A DNA stretch of 53,854 nucleotides, from positions 1 through 53,854 of the forward strand of contig DAOTVW010000195.1 of NCBI GenBank assembly GCA_034436035.1, in the 5' to 3' direction. Within the stretch, counting starts at the first letter, position 1. Each line of letters opens with the position of its first letter. Of this stretch, positions 44,523 through 53,087 are shown piece after piece. Under the pieces are notes generated by a model that saw only the letters and a list, made by a program, of their open reading frames with translations, made no database searches and was not told the origin of the DNA. The translations under genes were made by a program, and so were the position numbers. The DNA comes from Anaerolineales bacterium (GTDB lineage: Bacteria; Chloroflexota; Anaerolineae; Anaerolineales; UBA4823).

Positions 44523-44897
44523 TTAGATACCGACCTCGGTGACTAAACTGGCTCGTTGTACCAGACGGTCGCGCATAACAGCTCGAAGTAAGTCGAGGGC
44601 TTCGATCAAACGGTGATCGGTCAGGCAGTAAAGCATGGTGGTGCCTTGCCGTTCCGCTTTGACTAACCCACGATCCCGTAAAATTTTTAAATGGCGAGAA
44701 ATAGTGGGTTGGTTGACGTTTAAATCCGCGGCAAGTTCGTTGACCATGCGCGGTTTTTCATCTAATTCATAGAGGATCAAGATTCGGGTGGGATCCGAAA
44801 ATGCTGAACATAATTCAGCTTCCATCATGCAGATTTCTTGGCTAAGGTTAGGAGAGAGAGGATTGTTTTCCATTTTCTTATATTCGAATAAACGCAT
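44523..44897 (-). CDS. ArsR/SmtB-family transcriptional regulator
   Basis: 124 aa. SDPTRILILYEL...VNELAADLNVNQPTISRHLKILRDRGLV winged-HTH. No ELCVCDL-type metal site. Confidence 0.9.
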   Translation of the reverse strand: MRLFEYKKMENNPLSPNLSQEICMMEAELCSAFSDPTRILILYELDEKPRMVNELAADLNVNQPTISRHLKILRDRGLVKAERQGTTMLYCLTDHRLIEALDLLRAVMRDRLVQRASLVTEVGI

Positions 44898-45015
44898 AAA
44901 TGAATATATTTATCTATATCATATTCTGAGCAGGGTAATTCTTATAGTGAAATATGTCACAACCTGTCATGTGATTCGTCACATTTAGGTGACAGAGTAC
45001 ACAAGTGGAAAATTA

Positions 45016-45051
45016 AAAAGCCTTATTGAAAATAACTTCAATAAGGCTTTT
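45016..45051 (-). terminator. Bidirectional rho-independent terminator (15-bp stem) after the small membrane-protein gene
   Basis: AAAAGCCTTATTGAA (45016-45030) pairs with TTCAATAAGGCTTTT (45037-45051). T tracts lie on both strands. Confidence 0.65.
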
Positions 45052-45073
45052 GGTGATGCTATTTATTAATTGT

Positions 45074-45400
45074 TTATTGATTGCGGAGATGTTCTTCGAT
45101 ATCCATGAAGAGATAAATGCCCTCTCCGATAGCCTGAAGCAGAATGAAGAAAAATCCACCTACCAATAGAATGAAAAGATTGCTGATCATTCCTAAAATA
45201 CCATTGACCCCAGCCTGGAATGCTCCTTGACGGATTTGCAGGAAAACTACTGTGAGGGAGAAAATGGCAGCGATCACGAGGATGATCCATGCCACGGCAT
45301 TTGCCCAACCGGCAATGCGCATTAATTTGGTTTCGTCATGGTAAAGGTCTTCATCGACTTCTTCGACTTCTTCGTAAATTTGAACTTCTGGTTCGCTCAT
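45074..45400 (-). CDS. Small hypothetical membrane protein (108 aa) with acidic N-terminus
   Basis: Acidic N-terminus EEVEEVDEDLYHDE, then two or three hydrophobic helices. No recognisable motif. Confidence 0.5.
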   Translation of the reverse strand: MSEPEVQIYEEVEEVDEDLYHDETKLMRIAGWANAVAWIILVIAAIFSLTVVFLQIRQGAFQAGVNGILGMISNLFILLVGGFFFILLQAIGEGIYLFMDIEEHLRNQ

Positions 45401-45555
45401 GATATAAAATTCCTTCCTATGCTTTAGATAATATCTTGCTGCGGATGAAAATCAGCCCAGATGAATCCCATTCATCACAAGTTCACTAATGGACATCCAT
45501 CTTTGTTGCTTGAAAAGTAAAGGCTTTTTTATGTCGCAGTGACATTATTATAATC

Positions 45556-47340
45556 CTAAGTGCTTGCCTTGAGTAAATGTTGTAATAGTGCTTGAGCTGC
45601 TTCTTCAGGCCCTTTGCGTTCCCAGCCGGTTAATCCGAGACGGGTGCGCAACTGACCGACAAAGATGTTCTGTTGAAAAAAAGCCTGAAAGTATAGTTCC
45701 GCCAGCCGGTCATGGAGTTGACGATATTGTGGTGGGCCAAAAATATTAGTGAAGTAAGTTTGGACTAGTCCTGTGGAGGTGGTTGTGCCTTTGCTCATGG
45801 CAATGCCGCGGCGGAAGACGTCCACTGCCATTTCTGGTGTGGTAAATTGTTCGATGATGGGATGTTCATCATCCACTTGTTCGTAATTGTTTGCATAAAA
45901 AACCATATCGATGGGAATGCCTTGGACAATATTGCTATAAGATGTGACGGGTAAGACCACGCGTGCGTTCACTTGGCCAGGATTCATAATGATGGTGCGA
46001 TCGAGGTGTCCAAAGGCATAACCAGGATGCAAGTCATCTAAGCGCACAAATGCCCCCACCTCTGTCCCATAGCCGAGGATACGATTCTGCGCGGTGATAC
46101 GAAGCGAGCCCATGTCATCGGCGATGATCACCATTTGACGGATATATTCCTCCCCAATCGCTCGAAATGCTTCCAGAGTTTCAGATTTACCTGTACCGGT
46201 ATCTCCCATAATTAAAATTGTGGGTTCGCTACCATTTTTAAGCAGAAATCGCACCATCGCACCATGATAGGGAAAGTTACCGCGCTGCATCATGACGACG
46301 TTATGAAGGGTAAGCGTCATCTTTTTTAAGTACCCAAAGTAGCCATATTCTTTGCGGCGGGGGATCATCCCTACCAAGAGACCTTGTGAAAGGTCTTCAT
46401 AGAACTGGGTAGCGAACGCAGCGTTAGGGTCAAGGCATTCCTCATTTACTCCAAAGAGGAAAATTGCATCCGCTTTGCGATTCAGGACCTCATCTTCTGC
46501 CAGTTCGAATAGATTGCTCAGTGCAAAACCCAATTCATAGAATTCTTCATGAAAATAAATCAAGATCAAAAGTGTGCCAACTTTGGCTGGATAACAAAGC
46601 CATTGGTTTGGGTCTACTTGTAAATCATCTAAAGGATTGTGCTGGACGCGCACGAATTGACCGGTGCGTTTGTTCGTGGGTGGTTGGATGAGCAGAGGTG
46701 GATACATCAACACCTGGCGGATAATGCCGATACCATCCAGTTTATGGCAGCACTCACTTGGCTGAGGAATCAGCTTGGGCAATGCAATGACAGCAACCTC
46801 TGCACCAGCAGTCACCTGGCGGTAAATTTGGGGATGCCGCCCGCTGATGTTCTCCTGCACGTCGCGATATACACTGCGTACAAGGTGGGTGAGGGTTTCA
46901 ATCGTTTCGTTAAACGTGCGGTAAGGGCGCTTATCCAGCGCGTCGCCTTCTGAATCGCACACAATAAAACGTTCAAATTCCCGCCAGTAATCATAGAGCT
47001 GTTCAACGAAATTGGAGAGGATATCCGGCTGGCGGACAAAGCGATGGTCTTCTTCAACCAAGCGGGTGACATAATCCAATGGCATTTTTGCCAACAATTG
47101 TAAGACATGAGTGAGTTGATCGAGATCGCTTTCTGATACCGTTTGTCCTGCTGGCAATTCGAATATGGATAAGAGTGGGGAATCTTTCCGTAAGAGCTCC
47201 TGGACAAAGTGGCGCAGCACTTCGCGGAATAGCTCGCTGGCAAAAAGCTCATCTGCTGTTTCGCAAACGCGATTGCGAATGCGCAGGATAACCTGATGCC
47301 CAACGAACTTAAATTGCATAGGGGAATTGGGTGAAATCAT
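45556..47340 (-). CDS. Protein of unknown function with C-terminal HPr-kinase/PEPCK-like P-loop kinase core
   Basis: 594 aa. ILIMGDTGTGKSETLEAF...VIIADDMGSL closely resembles the HprK core (GDSGVGKSE...LVADD) as I recall it. The N-terminal region of about 350 aa has no motif I recognise. Confidence 0.55.
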   Translation of the reverse strand: MISPNSPMQFKFVGHQVILRIRNRVCETADELFASELFREVLRHFVQELLRKDSPLLSIFELPAGQTVSESDLDQLTHVLQLLAKMPLDYVTRLVEEDHRFVRQPDILSNFVEQLYDYWREFERFIVCDSEGDALDKRPYRTFNETIETLTHLVRSVYRDVQENISGRHPQIYRQVTAGAEVAVIALPKLIPQPSECCHKLDGIGIIRQVLMYPPLLIQPPTNKRTGQFVRVQHNPLDDLQVDPNQWLCYPAKVGTLLILIYFHEEFYELGFALSNLFELAEDEVLNRKADAIFLFGVNEECLDPNAAFATQFYEDLSQGLLVGMIPRRKEYGYFGYLKKMTLTLHNVVMMQRGNFPYHGAMVRFLLKNGSEPTILIMGDTGTGKSETLEAFRAIGEEYIRQMVIIADDMGSLRITAQNRILGYGTEVGAFVRLDDLHPGYAFGHLDRTIIMNPGQVNARVVLPVTSYSNIVQGIPIDMVFYANNYEQVDDEHPIIEQFTTPEMAVDVFRRGIAMSKGTTTSTGLVQTYFTNIFGPPQYRQLHDRLAELYFQAFFQQNIFVGQLRTRLGLTGWERKGPEEAAQALLQHLLKAST

Positions 47341-47346
47341 CGCTGT

Positions 47347-48747
47347 TTAATCTACCTCCACTTGCTGGTGGAATTCTGGATATTGAACGTTTTTAACACC
47401 TAATTCTGCTAATCGTTGCATGAAAATCGCTGCAATGGGGGGGTCGCCGTGAACGAGAAAAATCTGTTTGACTTGTGGCAAAGCTGATTCGGCATATTTA
47501 AGCAGGAGCGGTTGACCAGCGTGAGCAGAATAACCGCCAATGGTGACCACCTCCGCGCGGCGGATATATGGTTCGCCAAATATCTTGACTTTTTCAGCAC
47601 GGTCAGCGAGCTGACGGCCTAAGGTGTTGGGGGCTTGCCAGCCAACAATTAAAATCGTGTTGCGGGGGTCTTCGATGTTATTGCGCAAATGATGCAAAAT
47701 CCGCCCGGCTTCTGCCATTCCACTGGCAGAGATAATGATCATCGGGTCGTGCCGATCATTGAGCGCTTTTGACTCTTCGACCGAGCGAATATAGGTGAGA
47801 CGGCTGAAACCAAAGAGATCATGTTGACGGTCGTTGAGGATAAACTGGCGCGTCTCTTCATCATAGCATTCCGGATGTTCGCGAAAAATTTCGGATGTGT
47901 TTACAGCTAATGGGCTATCGACATATACCGGAATGGCGGGTAATTCACCCAGATTGAACATTTTATGCAATGAATAAACGATTTCCTGGGTACGCCCCAC
48001 GGCAAAGGCGGGGATAATGATCTTGCCACCGCGTTCAACGGTGCGTTTTACCGTAGAGAGAAGCTCTTGGTATGCCATCTCTGGATCGTCATGGGTTTTG
48101 TCCCCATAGGTACATTCCATAATCAAGTAGTCGGTCTGAGAGGGCATAACTGGATCGCGGATGATTGGCAGGTCTGGGCGGCCAATATCTCCGGAGAACC
48201 AGAGGCGGTATTTATGGTTGTTTTCTTCGATATCGAGGCAGACCGCTGCAGAACCAAGGATGTGGCCTGCTTCAATAAACCGTGCAGTAACGCCAGGGAC
48301 TGGTTCAAAAGGCTCATCATAATTGACTGGGTGAAAATGCTCCTGGACGTTTTGCGCATCGGCAATGGTGTAAATGGGTTCAATGGGAGGTTCACCGTTG
48401 CGTTTGCGCTTTTTATTGACATAGGCGGCATCATCTTCCTGGATATGTGCTGAATCGAGCAGCATGATTTTTGCTAAATGAGCAGTTGCAGGAGTAGCAT
48501 AAATTGGACCCTGAAAGCCGCTTTTGACCAGGTTGGGTATATTTCCGCTATGATCGATATGGGCGTGTGAAAGGATCAACGCGTCCACTTTGGATGCCGG
48601 GAATGGCAATTTACGATTGCGTTCAAAAGCTTCTTGTCGTTTCCCTTGATAGAGACCACACTCGAGCAAGAGCAGTTTGTTATTGACTTCTAGTAGGTGT
48701 TGTGAACCGGTGACGGTCTGCGCCGCACCATAAAAAGTAATCTTCAT
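47347..48747 (-). CDS. MBL/beta-CASP family RNA-metabolising metallo-hydrolase
   Basis: 466 aa. HAHIDHSG motif, a beta-CASP-type central region and a C-terminal His motif (VHGD). Confidence 0.85.
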   Translation of the reverse strand: MKITFYGAAQTVTGSQHLLEVNNKLLLLECGLYQGKRQEAFERNRKLPFPASKVDALILSHAHIDHSGNIPNLVKSGFQGPIYATPATAHLAKIMLLDSAHIQEDDAAYVNKKRKRNGEPPIEPIYTIADAQNVQEHFHPVNYDEPFEPVPGVTARFIEAGHILGSAAVCLDIEENNHKYRLWFSGDIGRPDLPIIRDPVMPSQTDYLIMECTYGDKTHDDPEMAYQELLSTVKRTVERGGKIIIPAFAVGRTQEIVYSLHKMFNLGELPAIPVYVDSPLAVNTSEIFREHPECYDEETRQFILNDRQHDLFGFSRLTYIRSVEESKALNDRHDPMIIISASGMAEAGRILHHLRNNIEDPRNTILIVGWQAPNTLGRQLADRAEKVKIFGEPYIRRAEVVTIGGYSAHAGQPLLLKYAESALPQVKQIFLVHGDPPIAAIFMQRLAELGVKNVQYPEFHQQVEVD

Positions 48748-48758
48748 AAAATTATCCT

Positions 48759-49901
48759 CTATCGCTTTTGAATGAGAGTTAGGATTTGGCTGCCAAAGTG
48801 TTCCAGGCGCCAGGGGACATCAGAGAGGAGCAAAGCGAGTTCCGCCTGGGTATGGGGTGGATTTTGCGTCAAACGCATCATCACATCACGGGGTAAGACA
48901 ACATCCGAAGGTACCCCCAAGCGGTTGGCAGTGGTTTTACGCCAGTTGCGTAAGCGTTCTAATCGTTCAAGATATTCATCGCTTGGGCGATTATTACGGC
49001 TTGGATATAAGGGTGGATTGCGCAGGCCGCGTTGGATAGCTTGCAAGATGCCATGTCCATAACACTCAATTTGGCGGCGAGAAAAAGCAGGAACGCGTTC
49101 CAGATCTTCCAATGTGGCGGGAGAAAAGCGGGCAAGGTTGAGCAGGGTTTGATCGGACAATACCTTGAAAAGCGGCCGGTCCAGTTTACGCGCCATGCGA
49201 TCGCGATAAGCGACCAGTTCCTGTAAAACTGCCGCATTTTGGGGGGATAAATCCTGTGCGCCATTGATGCGCCAAAGATCATCACTTTTTCCGTTGCCAT
49301 TGTTTTCATGATCGTTCACGCGGCATAAGCGGGTAAAATCTTCCATTGCCAAAGCCACTAAATTGCGTGATTGTAATTCCGCCAACAGTTTTTCTCGTAA
49401 TAGCAAAAGATAGTGGGTATCGTCTTGGGCATAAGCCAGCATTTCCTGGTTAAGCGGGCGCACTCCCCAATTGGCGCGCTGAAAGCGTTTGTTGAGGTGG
49501 ATACCAAATTCCGATTCGAGTAGAGAACCAAGCCCAATTTGTTTTCGCCCCAAGATGCGGGCGGCAATCATGGTGTCAAAAAGATGATTGAATTGAAATT
49601 GAAAATCACGATGCAGGCACAACAGATCATATTCCGCTGCATGAAATACTTTTTCTATTTCTGGATGGGTAAAGATTTTCCCTAATGGACTGAGGTCATC
49701 CAATGCAAGCGGATCGACGAGGGCGTCCAGCTGTGAGGTGGAAAACTGAATCAAACAAACCCGTTCCTGGTAGGCGAAAAGACTGTTTGATTCGGTGTCG
49801 ATCGCTACGAGGGGTTCGTTTAATAAGTGTTCGACAAGCGCTTCAAGCTGCTCCGATTGAGTTACGAGAAGCGCTGCTGTGGTATGTGTTTGAAAAACCA
49901 T
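48759..49901 (-). CDS. rnd: Ribonuclease D (DEDDy 3'-5' exonuclease plus HRDC)
   Basis: Exo motifs VAIDTESNS, HAAEYDLLCL and YAQDDTHYLL. HRDC-like C-terminal repeats. Confidence 0.85.
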   Translation of the reverse strand: MVFQTHTTAALLVTQSEQLEALVEHLLNEPLVAIDTESNSLFAYQERVCLIQFSTSQLDALVDPLALDDLSPLGKIFTHPEIEKVFHAAEYDLLCLHRDFQFQFNHLFDTMIAARILGRKQIGLGSLLESEFGIHLNKRFQRANWGVRPLNQEMLAYAQDDTHYLLLLREKLLAELQSRNLVALAMEDFTRLCRVNDHENNGNGKSDDLWRINGAQDLSPQNAAVLQELVAYRDRMARKLDRPLFKVLSDQTLLNLARFSPATLEDLERVPAFSRRQIECYGHGILQAIQRGLRNPPLYPSRNNRPSDEYLERLERLRNWRKTTANRLGVPSDVVLPRDVMMRLTQNPPHTQAELALLLSDVPWRLEHFGSQILTLIQKR

Positions 49902-49919
49902 ACCCCAATTATACCTAGA

Positions 49920-50387
49920 TTAATGAGAATTAACCTTTTCAAATATAAAGGCATCTTCTCCGTCTTCGTAATAATGGGGGATTGTTGAAATTTGGCGATA
50001 ACCTAAATTTTTATAAAGAGTGATTGCTTCCAGGTTCGAGCGGCGGACATTCAAACGCACCAATTGGGTGGCGAGACGTTTCTCACACTCCTGAAGCAGG
50101 CAGGTTGCTATCCCTTGGTGGCGAAATTGGGGTAGAACTCCAATTGTGGCTATCCAGCCAATTTGCTGATGATCCCGGCGGTCGCCGGCGATGAAACCAA
50201 CCATGTGATTCTCGATGACCGCTTTGAGTCGCACAATATTGGGATAGGTAAGCACGCCGATTAAATCTAGCAACGGCCAGGAATCTTTTGGAAAGCAGAT
50301 TTGTTCCAGCTGCCGCAAGCTGTTTAGATCTCGCCAGGTTGCGATTTCAATGGTGAAAGATGGTGGTTTGTAGGGCAGATAGGACAT
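49920..50387 (-). CDS. rimI: GNAT N-acetyltransferase (RimI-like)
   Basis: 155 aa with the acetyl-CoA motif QFRHQGIATCLL. The rimI-type assignment rests on size and motif only. Confidence 0.7.
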   Translation of the reverse strand: MSYLPYKPPSFTIEIATWRDLNSLRQLEQICFPKDSWPLLDLIGVLTYPNIVRLKAVIENHMVGFIAGDRRDHQQIGWIATIGVLPQFRHQGIATCLLQECEKRLATQLVRLNVRRSNLEAITLYKNLGYRQISTIPHYYEDGEDAFIFEKVNSH

Positions 50388-50403
50388 ACGGCAATGTAAA
50401 TCA

Positions 50404-50439
50404 CTCGGTGACGGTCACCGCCAAAAGACCGTCACCGAG
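50404..50439 (-). terminator. 13-bp perfect stem hairpin between the stomatin gene and rimI (weak or no U tract)
   Basis: CTCGGTGACGGTC (50404-50416) pairs with GACCGTCACCGAG (50427-50439), with a 10-nt loop. Confidence 0.4.
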
Positions 50440-50448
50440 GAAGGCACT

Positions 50449-51372
50449 TTATTCTTTTTTCAGGAAATTCTCCATCATGCTGGTAAATTCCATTGGAAAG
50501 ATAAACTTGGTTGATGCGCCTGTGCCGAGTGCTTTAAGCGTTTCAAAATATTGCAAGGTCATGGTTTTTTGGTCTACGGTTTGTGCAATTTCAAAAATCT
50601 TTTCTAATGCTGCAGCAAAACCTTGCGCACGCAGTAACTGGGCTTCTTTTTCGCCTTCTGCACGTAAGATAGCTGAACGCTTCTCACCTTCCGCTCGTAA
50701 AATAGCGGCTTGTTTCTCGCCTTCTGCCACATTAATCGCGGCCTCGCGGGTGCCGGTCGATTCGGTGACAACCGCACGGCGTATTCGCTCCGCAGACATC
50801 TGCCGGTTCATAGCGTCCTGAACCTCGCGCGGCGGGATGATTTCGCGGATTTCGACGTTGGTGACTTTGACACCCCAGCGTTCGGTCACTTCATCCAAAC
50901 GAGTGCGTAGCATGTTGTTGATGTGTTCACGTTCGGATAGCACTTCATCCAGCAAAATACCACCGATGACAGCACGCAAGGTGGTTGTTGCCATACCCTG
51001 AGCAGCCGCCTCAAAGTTGCCGACTTGTAAAACGCTCTCGGTAGGATCGAGGACTTTGTAATACCAAAGGAAATCAATCGAAATCGGAGCGTTATCTTTG
51101 GTAATCGAAGTTTGATGCGGAATTTCGCGCACTTGTTCGCGCAAATCGACCTTGACAGCTCGATCAACCACCGGTATCAACAATACAATGCCGGGACCAC
51201 GTGCGCCGATGCAGCGTCCCAGTCGAAACACCACCAAGCGTTGATATTCGGGTACGATACGGATTGCCGAGGCAAAGAAAAGGACTGCGAGAATGACGAC
51301 AAACCCAATCAGACAGGTCAGCACGCTGTACCATTGGGTTCCGCCGGTTTGGAATACTGTTGTGATAAACAC
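50449..51372 (-). CDS. SPFH/band-7 (stomatin/slipin-like) membrane protein
   Basis: N-terminal TM helix, SPFH core and C-terminal AEGEK repeats. GTG at 51372 with SD AAGGAGG upstream is preferred over the ORF-track ATG at 51423. Confidence 0.9.
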   Translation of the reverse strand: MFITTVFQTGGTQWYSVLTCLIGFVVILAVLFFASAIRIVPEYQRLVVFRLGRCIGARGPGIVLLIPVVDRAVKVDLREQVREIPHQTSITKDNAPISIDFLWYYKVLDPTESVLQVGNFEAAAQGMATTTLRAVIGGILLDEVLSEREHINNMLRTRLDEVTERWGVKVTNVEIREIIPPREVQDAMNRQMSAERIRRAVVTESTGTREAAINVAEGEKQAAILRAEGEKRSAILRAEGEKEAQLLRAQGFAAALEKIFEIAQTVDQKTMTLQYFETLKALGTGASTKFIFPMEFTSMMENFLKKE

Positions 51373-51505
51373 GCTAAACCTCCTTATCAAAAAACAATTT
51401 TGTCGAATGGTAAATCGCTTCACGCTTTATAAAAGGGTGAGGAATAAAGCTAGGTTTCTCCTTCGATCCTTTCTAATTAATGGAAGCTATTATTTTTATC
51501 CTCAC

Positions 51506-52117
51506 TTAAGAAGTTTGTTGATCGTCCTCCTTAATTACTTCTAGTAAAAAACCATCCCGATTGATCACGCGCACTCGGCTGCCATTTGGGATTGGAGACT
51601 TGCTATAAGCACTCCACAATTCACTTTCCACTTGGACCGTCCCTTCCTTGTAAATATCCGTTTTGGCTTCTCCGACAGCGCCGATCAACTGGGTCAATTC
51701 ATGGCGCGGGATGATCTGGCTGGCTTCGATGGCTTTTCGTCCGGCAATCCAGAAAAAACCTAACACAATTGCAGAAACAAAGGCCGCGAGCAGGGGGTTA
51801 ACCGCTGGTTGCCACCAGTATTGACCACGGAACAGATAGGCAGAACCGATGACAAAAAGGATTAATGAGATCCCTAAGGTGAGGAGATGTTTTGTGCGCC
51901 AAATTGCCAGTACAAACAAACCGGCTGCGGTTGCAATGACCGGCAGCGCCCACAGGTTGAGCGGGATTTGGATGATACTATAAGCAGCGGTTAGTAAAAT
52001 AAAGACGGCCGCGATTTCCAGGATACCAGTACCGGGGGTGATGACTGCTAGCATAATCAGCACGAAGCTAGCAACAAGGATCAAGTAGGCGACATCAGGA
52101 TTAAAAAGTATTTGCAT
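51506..52117 (-). CDS. NfeD-family membrane protein (short form, C-terminal OB domain)
   Basis: Several TM helices plus the C-terminal GTVQVESELWSAYS...RVRVINRDGFLLEV. Lies upstream of the stomatin gene, the classic pairing. An alternative start lies at 52159. Confidence 0.8.
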   Translation of the reverse strand: MQILFNPDVAYLILVASFVLIMLAVITPGTGILEIAAVFILLTAAYSIIQIPLNLWALPVIATAAGLFVLAIWRTKHLLTLGISLILFVIGSAYLFRGQYWWQPAVNPLLAAFVSAIVLGFFWIAGRKAIEASQIIPRHELTQLIGAVGEAKTDIYKEGTVQVESELWSAYSKSPIPNGSRVRVINRDGFLLEVIKEDDQQTS

Positions 52118-52206
52118 GACAGCATCTTTCTTCCCAAGCGATATATTCGCTACATTCATTATACTTTGATTAACCGAGCTTGGGTCGTTATGGTATCATT
52201 AGAATT

Positions 52207-53073
52207 ATGAAATTTCGTATCGCTTTAGCCCAAATCAATACCCATCTGGGAATGGTGGAGCAAAATTTAGACAAACATTTGCAATGGATCGAACAAGCAC
52301 GCCAGGGCGGCGCCGATTTGGTGATTTTCCCCGAGCTTTCTCTCACCGGTTATGTATTGCAGGACTTAACTCCCACGGTTGCCCATTCACCTACGGCTGA
52401 TGACCCGGTCTTCCAAAAGTTATTGCAGGAAAGCCGCTCGTTGGATATCGTGGTTGGGTTTGTGGATGAAGACCGCCGGCATCGTTTCTTCATTGCAGCG
52501 GCTTATCTTTCGCGCGGGGAGGTGATGCATGTGCACCACAAACTGTATCTTCCCACTTATGGTTTATTTGATGAAGGGCGCTTTTTCGCCTGGGGAGATC
52601 ATATCTCGGCCTTTGAGACCCGTTTCGGTCGGATGGGGATGTTGATTTGCGAGGATTTCTGGCATGCCTCTCCACCATACTTGCTTTGGTTGGATGGAGC
52701 AGATGTCTTTCTCTTTATGTCTGCATCACCCGGGAGAGGATTAAGCGCAAAACCGCAACTGGAGTCCGCCCGCTGGGTTGAACAGCTCAACCAGGCATAC
52801 GCCAGTTTGTTCACTGCTTTTGTTGTCCATGCCAACCGCGTTGGATATGAGGATGGTTTGAATTTCTGGGGCGGTTCGACAATATTTGATCCGGATGGAA
52901 ACGAATTGCTCAAAGCACCTTATCACCAGGAGAGTTTGGTATTTGCTGAAATTGACATGAACCAGCTGCACCGTACCCGGGCGCGTTTACCCTTGTTACG
53001 CGATGAACGCACCGCGCTGGTACAACGGGAACTGGAGCGCATTCTTAACCGTAGCACACAAATGAACCGCTAA
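52207..53073 (+). CDS. Carbon-nitrogen hydrolase (nitrilase superfamily), likely glutaminase partner of NadE
   Basis: Glu in FPELSLTGY and Cys in LICEDFWH. Lies 14 nt upstream of nadE. Confidence 0.8.
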   Translation: MKFRIALAQINTHLGMVEQNLDKHLQWIEQARQGGADLVIFPELSLTGYVLQDLTPTVAHSPTADDPVFQKLLQESRSLDIVVGFVDEDRRHRFFIAAAYLSRGEVMHVHHKLYLPTYGLFDEGRFFAWGDHISAFETRFGRMGMLICEDFWHASPPYLLWLDGADVFLFMSASPGRGLSAKPQLESARWVEQLNQAYASLFTAFVVHANRVGYEDGLNFWGGSTIFDPDGNELLKAPYHQESLVFAEIDMNQLHRTRARLPLLRDERTALVQRELERILNRSTQMNR

Positions 53074-53087
53074 AACAGGACGGAAAC

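Noticed and set aside
44523-44897. Arsenic resistance or respiration assignment based on the ArsR-family label
   Set aside because: The regulator lacks the CVC/ELCVCDL arsenite site, and no arsB, acr3 or arsC genes are present. The YeeE genes and the rhodanese point more towards sulfur.
50630-50760. Tandem repeats inside the stomatin gene
   Set aside because: They encode the AILRAEGEK-type repeats of the C-terminal coiled-coil, a common feature of SPFH proteins, and are not an independent element.
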